Of a stretch of DNA of 32,000 nt, positions 1 through 5,717 are shown in pieces. Under the pieces are notes generated by a model. It had not been told where the DNA came from. It saw nothing but the letters and a program-made list of their open reading frames with translations, and did no database searches. This DNA comes from Candidatus Lokiarchaeum ossiferum (lineage in GTDB: Archaea; Asgardarchaeota; Lokiarchaeia; Sigyniarchaeales; Promethearchaeaceae). The position numbers and the translations under genes were made by a program. Within the stretch, counting starts at the first letter, position 1, and each line of letters opens with the position of its first letter. Location of the stretch: NCBI GenBank assembly GCA_025839675.1, contig CP104013.1, positions 3,960,001 to 3,992,000 of the forward strand, in the 5' to 3' direction.

Positions 1-330
1 ATTTTCGGTATTGGGCGCTCCTTGAATTGCTGGGGCATCCCAATCATGAGCATGGATTTTCATTTTTGGAAAGATTTCTTTTAATTGGTGTGCAGCCCCA
101 GCATGATCATAGTGGCAATGGGTCAAAATTAAATCAGAAATTTCATTATTTGCTAAAGGAGTTTTCTGAATGTTCTCCAGCAAAATAGATGCATTTTTCG
201 TTCCGGCATCTATTAAACATATTTGATTCGAATCAATTTTGATCGCATACACACAGCAATCTCCGCTTCCAGAAATATCATCGGATCCTATAAGATAAAC
301 ATCCTTTGAAACTTTAATCGGATCTTTCAT
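1..330 (-). CDS. MBL-fold metallo-hydrolase (beta-lactamase-like), N-terminal part; the C-terminus lies beyond the window edge
   Basis: The reverse-strand ORF is open from an ATG (complement of 328-330) to the window edge and is absent from the ORF track because it has no stop. My translation reads MKDPIKVSKDVYLIGSDD...DLILTHCHYDHAGAAHQL. It contains the HxHxDH metal-binding signature (THCHYDHAG) at the usual distance from the N-terminus. Confidence 0.8.
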   Translation of the reverse strand, partial: MKDPIKVSKDVYLIGSDDISGSGDCCVYAIKIDSNQICLIDAGTKNASILLENIQKTPLANNEISDLILTHCHYDHAGAAHQLKEIFPKMKIHAHDWDAPAIQGAPNTEN

Positions 331-462
331 ACAAATATAAAAGACAACAATTCTAAAGAATTTTGATCAAATTTCAATAAACTCTTAGAAAACAAAATTT
401 TTTCAGTTAGGTGTTTATTTATATGATTAGACTAATATTTATCAAAACAACGACGAACTCCT

Positions 463-1323
463 ATGGCATTAAATTCTAAAAAAAATAAAAATTATGCATT
501 ACACTCGGATTTTGAGGATGAAAGTGAACGTGTAATGTTAACAATGAGTGATTCTACCGAACTTCTCATTCTAAGAACTTATGCTCCCGTTGCTTCTCGT
601 AATGGTTTTACTATTCTTATGATTGCCGGATGGGGTAGTATCGTGCCTGGATGGAATGGTTTCCTAGATGAAGCGCGAGATGATTTTGATCTGGTCTATC
701 TTGAAACTCGTGAAAAAGCATCTAGCACTCTAACAAAAAATTCCGTTCGGGGAAGTATTGAGCGTTTATCTTCAGATTTGCAAGAAGTTATTGAATTATT
801 GAAACTGGATCAGAAGAGTTTAATATTATTTGGTTCATGTATGGGGGCAAATATCATTGCCGATGGTTTGGTTCAAGAAAAATTTGATGCCCACAAAAGT
901 ATTTTGCTTGGACCTCAGCCCAAATGGCCTATACCAAAAATATCAAAGGTTCTTCTTCCATTATTACCTAAACGCTCTTTGACTTTAATAAAACCATTTT
1001 TAAAATACTGGGTTGTTCATACACAATGTGATACTGAGGAAACTGCAGCTAAATATGCCCGAGTGCTTGATGAAGCAAGTAGTAAGAAGTGGCATCATGT
1101 CGGAAAACCCATCGCCTTCGATGATTATACGGAAATGTATTCGAAAGTGTCAAAACCTGTAGTTATTGTTGTTGAGGAAGGGGACAAAACCCATATTCCT
1201 GAGGATACCCTCGCAATCGCAAACTCAATTAAAAATTCTGAGATAGTATATATGGAAAGTAATAAAGTTGCCCACTCGGAAAGGATGGTAGTTAAAATCC
1301 GGGAAATACTTAATCTTCCATAA
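463..1323 (+). CDS. alpha/beta-hydrolase-fold protein, paralog A (GxCxG nucleophile elbow)
   Basis: 286-aa ORF. It has the nucleophile-elbow-like motif FGSCMGAN, a late acidic residue (EEGDKTH) and a C-terminal His (KVAHSE), in the Nuc-Asp-His order typical of alpha/beta hydrolases. It is a clear paralog of the next gene, sharing blocks ETREKASS, GSCMGAN-IADGL, GPQPKWP and ETAAKY-RV-DEAS. Confidence 0.65.
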   Translation: MALNSKKNKNYALHSDFEDESERVMLTMSDSTELLILRTYAPVASRNGFTILMIAGWGSIVPGWNGFLDEARDDFDLVYLETREKASSTLTKNSVRGSIERLSSDLQEVIELLKLDQKSLILFGSCMGANIIADGLVQEKFDAHKSILLGPQPKWPIPKISKVLLPLLPKRSLTLIKPFLKYWVVHTQCDTEETAAKYARVLDEASSKKWHHVGKPIAFDDYTEMYSKVSKPVVIVVEEGDKTHIPEDTLAIANSIKNSEIVYMESNKVAHSERMVVKIREILNLP

Positions 1324-1564
1324 ATAACAAACTCAATTTTTAATATTTTTTGAGTAATAGGTTTTTTTCCACTTTTTCAAGATTTTTATTTATAGAAAAA
1401 TTTAATTGTCAAATGATCATCTATTTAAATAGGGAACTATTGTTTATTTGGGATTTCTTCCAATTCGATAGTTTCTTCATAGGATGCATTTCTACCTAGT
1501 AGATAGGAAGAGTATATGTAGACTACATCTTAAATTTTAATATAATCGAGGCTTATCCAAACTC

Positions 1565-2416
1565 ATGCAAGAATTGCAGCTTTCAACAAAAATTCTCTTT
1601 GAAGATGAATGTGAAAAACAATACGTTGTAATGGATGATGGTACGCAATTACTTGCAATGCGTTCAATTGCTCCAAAAGAAACTCGAAATGGGCATACCC
1701 TTTTAATGGTCCCTGGATGGGGGACTTTACCGCTTTCTTGGAAAGGATTTATTGAAGAAGCACGAAAAGATTTTGATTTTATTTATTTTGAGACTCGAGA
1801 AAAAGCTTCAAGTATTTTACCAAAAAAAGCGGAACGCGGTGGCATTCAACGTTTGTCGACAGATCTCGCCATTGCAATAGAACAATTAGATCTAGATCAA
1901 GATAAACTCATCCTTGTTGGAAGTTGTATGGGTGCTAATCTCATTGCTGATGGTTTAGCTTATGATAAATATGCTCCTAAAGAATCGTTTTTAATTGGCC
2001 CTCAACCGAAGTGGCCAATGCCTTTTGGGACTCGTCCTCTTACACGGTTAGGTACTCGTTTTACCCTTACTCCAATCCGCCCGTTTTTGCGATATTGGAT
2101 TAAAAAAACTCAAAGCGATACTCCGGAAACTGCCGCCAAATATATTCGGGTGATTGATGAAGCGAGTCCTCGTAAATGGTGGTATATTGGTAAACCGATT
2201 GCCCGTGAAAATTATTTACCTATGTATAAAATGCTGAAAAAATCTGTCGTTTTAATTGCGGAAAAAGGTGATAAGATGCACAAGGCGAAAGATGCTCAAA
2301 AAATTGCTAAAGCTGTTAAACATGCAAAACTCATTACAATGCCTTCTAATAAAGCCACCCATTCAGAATTAATGGTGTATAAAATTCGAGATCATCTTGG
2401 ATTTTCCCCTATTTAA
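1565..2416 (+). CDS. alpha/beta-hydrolase-fold protein, paralog B (GxCxG nucleophile elbow)
   Basis: 283-aa ORF, colinear with paralog A over its whole length. It carries VGSCMGAN, EKGDKMH and KATHSE. Confidence 0.65.
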   Translation: MQELQLSTKILFEDECEKQYVVMDDGTQLLAMRSIAPKETRNGHTLLMVPGWGTLPLSWKGFIEEARKDFDFIYFETREKASSILPKKAERGGIQRLSTDLAIAIEQLDLDQDKLILVGSCMGANLIADGLAYDKYAPKESFLIGPQPKWPMPFGTRPLTRLGTRFTLTPIRPFLRYWIKKTQSDTPETAAKYIRVIDEASPRKWWYIGKPIARENYLPMYKMLKKSVVLIAEKGDKMHKAKDAQKIAKAVKHAKLITMPSNKATHSELMVYKIRDHLGFSPI

Positions 2417-2456
2417 TTATTTATGTCCTTTTATTTCTTCCTTTTTGTTTTAGTGC

Positions 2457-3008
2457 TTATTTTTGCTCATATAATGATAACCAGTGAAAGGCTGCGATGA
2501 TGTATGTATTTGTTATTTTCCCATCTCGAATAAAATTTTGAACATCTTCCATTGGATAAAATTGGCATTCTAAATCTTCGTCAGGATCTAAATTGCGTAT
2601 ACCCGTATTGGTAATGTTTTCCGCGAGGAATGTATAACATTTATTTGATTGAATCGCGGGATTTGCATCTACAACTCCAATTTGTTGAAATTTATTCGAA
2701 ATATACCCTGTTTCTTCCTTTAATTCTCTTCGGGCTCCATCAATAGGTGCTTCATCTGAATCGATGCAACCTCCCGGGATTTCCAACTCTACTTTATCAG
2801 ACCCAAATCGAAATTGGCGGATCAGTAAAATTTCTTTTTTTTTATTTCGCACAATGATATTTGCCCAATCAGGTGTTTGAATAACGAATGCGGAAAATTT
2901 ACCTCTTTTTTCTGGTTTTTCATAGATTTTTTTATACACATTGAAAGGTTTTGAAGAAAATACTTTATTCTCCTTAATAAGATTCCATTTTTTTATCATA
3001 TAGATCAA
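2457..3008 (-). CDS. NUDIX hydrolase (ADP-ribose pyrophosphatase-like)
   Basis: It has a perfect Nudix box Gx5Ex7REUxEExGU, read as GGCIDSDEAPIDGARRELKEETGY. The 183-aa size fits single-domain Nudix enzymes. Confidence 0.85.
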   Translation of the reverse strand: MIYMIKKWNLIKENKVFSSKPFNVYKKIYEKPEKRGKFSAFVIQTPDWANIIVRNKKKEILLIRQFRFGSDKVELEIPGGCIDSDEAPIDGARRELKEETGYISNKFQQIGVVDANPAIQSNKCYTFLAENITNTGIRNLDPDEDLECQFYPMEDVQNFIRDGKITNTYIIAAFHWLSLYEQK

Positions 3009-3140
3009 TATAAGTTTATAACTATTTTTTTGTTATGATTTCAGAACACAGATTTGTTTTTTTTCCTTGATGTTAAAATATTTAAGTGCCAAACACACTA
3101 CTTAGATTAAGTTTACAAAATAATTTGGAGGTAATGCAGT

Positions 3141-4430
3141 ATGATATTTATTGAAAATTCGGAATACACTTTCACAACTATAGAATCTATAGTCATGATC
3201 ATTTATGGAGGATTTATAATCTTGCTTTTAATGTTTGGATGGGATCTTTTGGGAAGATTCATAAAAGCAGATAAACGTATGCGGGGTGATCCTGCCTATA
3301 TGGTATTCTTCATAATTGCAGTTGCCATGTTGGGTTACGGTATTTATATGTTTCCCGCGTTGGTTGATTATTTCTTTGTAAGTGATTTGACGGGGGCAGA
3401 TAATGCTCTTCTATGGATCGTACCATTTAAATATGCCTTGATTTTATGTATGATCGTTCCTATTGCTTATGTTTGTCTGTTAATTCTTCTTAAAAATCGA
3501 AGAAGGATTGCTAATATTCTGGGGTTAATCGGTGTTTTACCCACAATCTACATTTTTATTATAACTATTATCACCGGCAATAATCCTTCGATCAACGTTG
3601 GATTTACATCACCATTGATACTACCAGTTGTAGCATTCATAGCGATTTTTGCAGTTATCGATTTTATCGGAATCGTTTATATATTGATCGTGGAACTTGC
3701 TCCCCAAAAAGAAGTGAGAAATCGTGTTTTGCTTGGAATTTTGGGCATCGTTATTGCAGGGATTGGTGGTTTTATTGAAGTTTCAAGTCGAGATTCTCTA
3801 ATTGATAATCCGGATAATTGGTGGTATGTATATGGGACATTTATTGAATTATTTGGATTCATTGTCATGCGCCATTTCTTCTTATCTATTCCATCCTATG
3901 ATGAATTTGCTTGGAAGAATGGAATGATTGAAATGCACGTAATCATCGCTGAAACTGGAATTTCTTTACATTATCAGTCATTTGCAGAATTGAAAGCTAA
4001 CGAGTTAAAGGGAGATATCAAAGTAACCGCAACCTTAGCTGAGAATGAAGCACGTCCAAATTCTGATCTTGTTGCAGGTGGTTTAGTGGGAATTAAAGGA
4101 ATGCTTGCTGAAATTTCAGGCGACCGTGGAAAATTAGAGAATATTGAAATTGGTGAAAAATCTCTTGTCTTTAAACAAGGAAAAACAATCCTCTGTTTAT
4201 TACTTGCAGATGAAAATTTGGGTGTTTATCATAGTTTACTTGATGATCTGGTGACAAGAATTGAAGAAGAACATCCTGGATTAGATAATTTCAATGGGGA
4301 TACACGAAAACTTCATATCGCTCCTATAGTGGAAGAAGTTTTTGATTTAACCAATCAAGGAATTTTAAAGAAAACAAAAAAGAAGAAGAAAAAATCTCTT
4401 CCTTCTAACACCTCTGAATCGGAAGTGTAA
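3141..4430 (+). CDS. polytopic membrane protein (about 7-8 TM) with a C-terminal soluble longin/roadblock-like alpha/beta domain and a poly-Lys tail
   Basis: The N-terminal ~250 aa consist of successive hydrophobic helices. The C-terminal ~170 aa show a beta-beta-alpha-beta-beta-beta-alpha pattern (MIEMHVIIAETGISLHYQSF / DLVAGGLVGIKGMLAEI / LENIEIGEKSLVFKQGKTILCLLLADEN / GVYHSLLDDLVTRIEEE). This pattern is typical of small-GTPase-partner folds. The protein ends in KKTKKKKKKS. The fold assignment is an inference. Confidence 0.6.
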   Translation: MIFIENSEYTFTTIESIVMIIYGGFIILLLMFGWDLLGRFIKADKRMRGDPAYMVFFIIAVAMLGYGIYMFPALVDYFFVSDLTGADNALLWIVPFKYALILCMIVPIAYVCLLILLKNRRRIANILGLIGVLPTIYIFIITIITGNNPSINVGFTSPLILPVVAFIAIFAVIDFIGIVYILIVELAPQKEVRNRVLLGILGIVIAGIGGFIEVSSRDSLIDNPDNWWYVYGTFIELFGFIVMRHFFLSIPSYDEFAWKNGMIEMHVIIAETGISLHYQSFAELKANELKGDIKVTATLAENEARPNSDLVAGGLVGIKGMLAEISGDRGKLENIEIGEKSLVFKQGKTILCLLLADENLGVYHSLLDDLVTRIEEEHPGLDNFNGDTRKLHIAPIVEEVFDLTNQGILKKTKKKKKKSLPSNTSESEV

Positions 4431-4478
4431 TATTTTTTTTAATTTCAATTTTAACCTAATTTAGCGGAAGAACAAGAA

Positions 4479-5690
4479 ATGAAAATTCCCGGGTCATTTT
4501 TCGAAGTACAATTGGTATTAAATGGCGAATTAATTGAATTTCAGATTTTAAATCGCGCCGTTGTTGAATATCAAATTTCAGTGATGGATTTTGAAGAAAT
4601 TGAATTTGATCTACCCGAATTTTTAGAGGAAAATCATGTAAGTTTACCAAAGAATCGACTAGAAAATGTATTGCAACAACTTGAAGGTGAGTATTTGGAA
4701 TTGCAACAACAACAAGAAAAAATACGACATCAACAGATGACACAATATCAACAGTCGCAACAAAATATAATTACTTACGAGTCACAAAAGGTTCTTTTAA
4801 TGGGAAGTAGTGGGAAATCATCTATTTATCAGGTAATTTTTGAAAGCAAATCCCCTTATGAAACTTTTTCTTTACCGCCAACTAAGAAAGTTATTAAACA
4901 TAATATAGAATTTGCTGCAATGACATCTGCAAGCCGAAAACAAAATTTAGCCATACTCGAAGCTGGCAGTGAATTTCCCGCACCTGAACATTTTGACCAA
5001 GCATCGATTTTACTCTTTATCATTGATGCTTTTGAAGTTTCCAACTACGAAAACATCCGCTACCAATTACATCAAGCAATCAAATTATTAAAATATCATG
5101 GCAAACGTCCCGCCCATCTACAAGATTCGCAAAGCAACATATTTTGCTTTATTCATAAAATGGATCTGTTTCCGAATTCCGCAGAACAATTTGAATCTCT
5201 TGTAAAATATTTCCGTTATGATCCAGAGGCCGATGCAGTCAATCTGGAAATTAACTTTTTCCCTACCTCCATTTTTGATTCTTCCATTTATAGTGCTTGG
5301 GCTAAAGTAGTTGAAGTAATGATGCCTAAATCTTCAAAACTCAATGCATTATCAAATCAACTCAAAGAAGCTCTCGGTTTATATGCTACTTTGATTATTG
5401 AAAAACGAACTGGATTGCCAATATGTGCTTCCAAGACTTTATTGGATGATTCTGTTTTAGTTGGAAGCACTAATCGGGTGTTAATCGCTATAGAAAAAGT
5501 ATTACCTGAGTATGAACTTGCAGGATTGAAAGATTTTAGAATTAATGCGGCGACTGGTGTCTTGGAAGTTAAACTTTTCCACCAATATTATATGTTGGTG
5601 CTATTGTATCCCCCTCATATTAATCTAAATGATGTGCATTCTCAAAAGAAGCTAACTGAATTTATTGAAACGATGCTAAATAGCATTTAG
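4479..5690 (+). CDS. Rag/Gtr1-family GTPase-like protein (G domain plus C-terminal roadblock-type domain) with a ~100-aa N-terminal extension
   Basis: Three blocks match remembered human RagA signatures. [18 protein letters not shown] matches [31 protein letters not shown] matches IFCLVHKMDLV, where HKMD replaces NKxD, a Rag/Gtr hallmark. [19 protein letters not shown] matches CFRTSIWDETLYKAWSSIV. These are followed by [16 protein letters not shown] (compare EVLLFERATFLVIS) at the start of the C-terminal domain. Confidence 0.8.
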   Translation: [403 protein letters not shown]

Positions 5691-5717
5691 ACATTTCTTT
5701 TACTCTGTGAAAATTTT

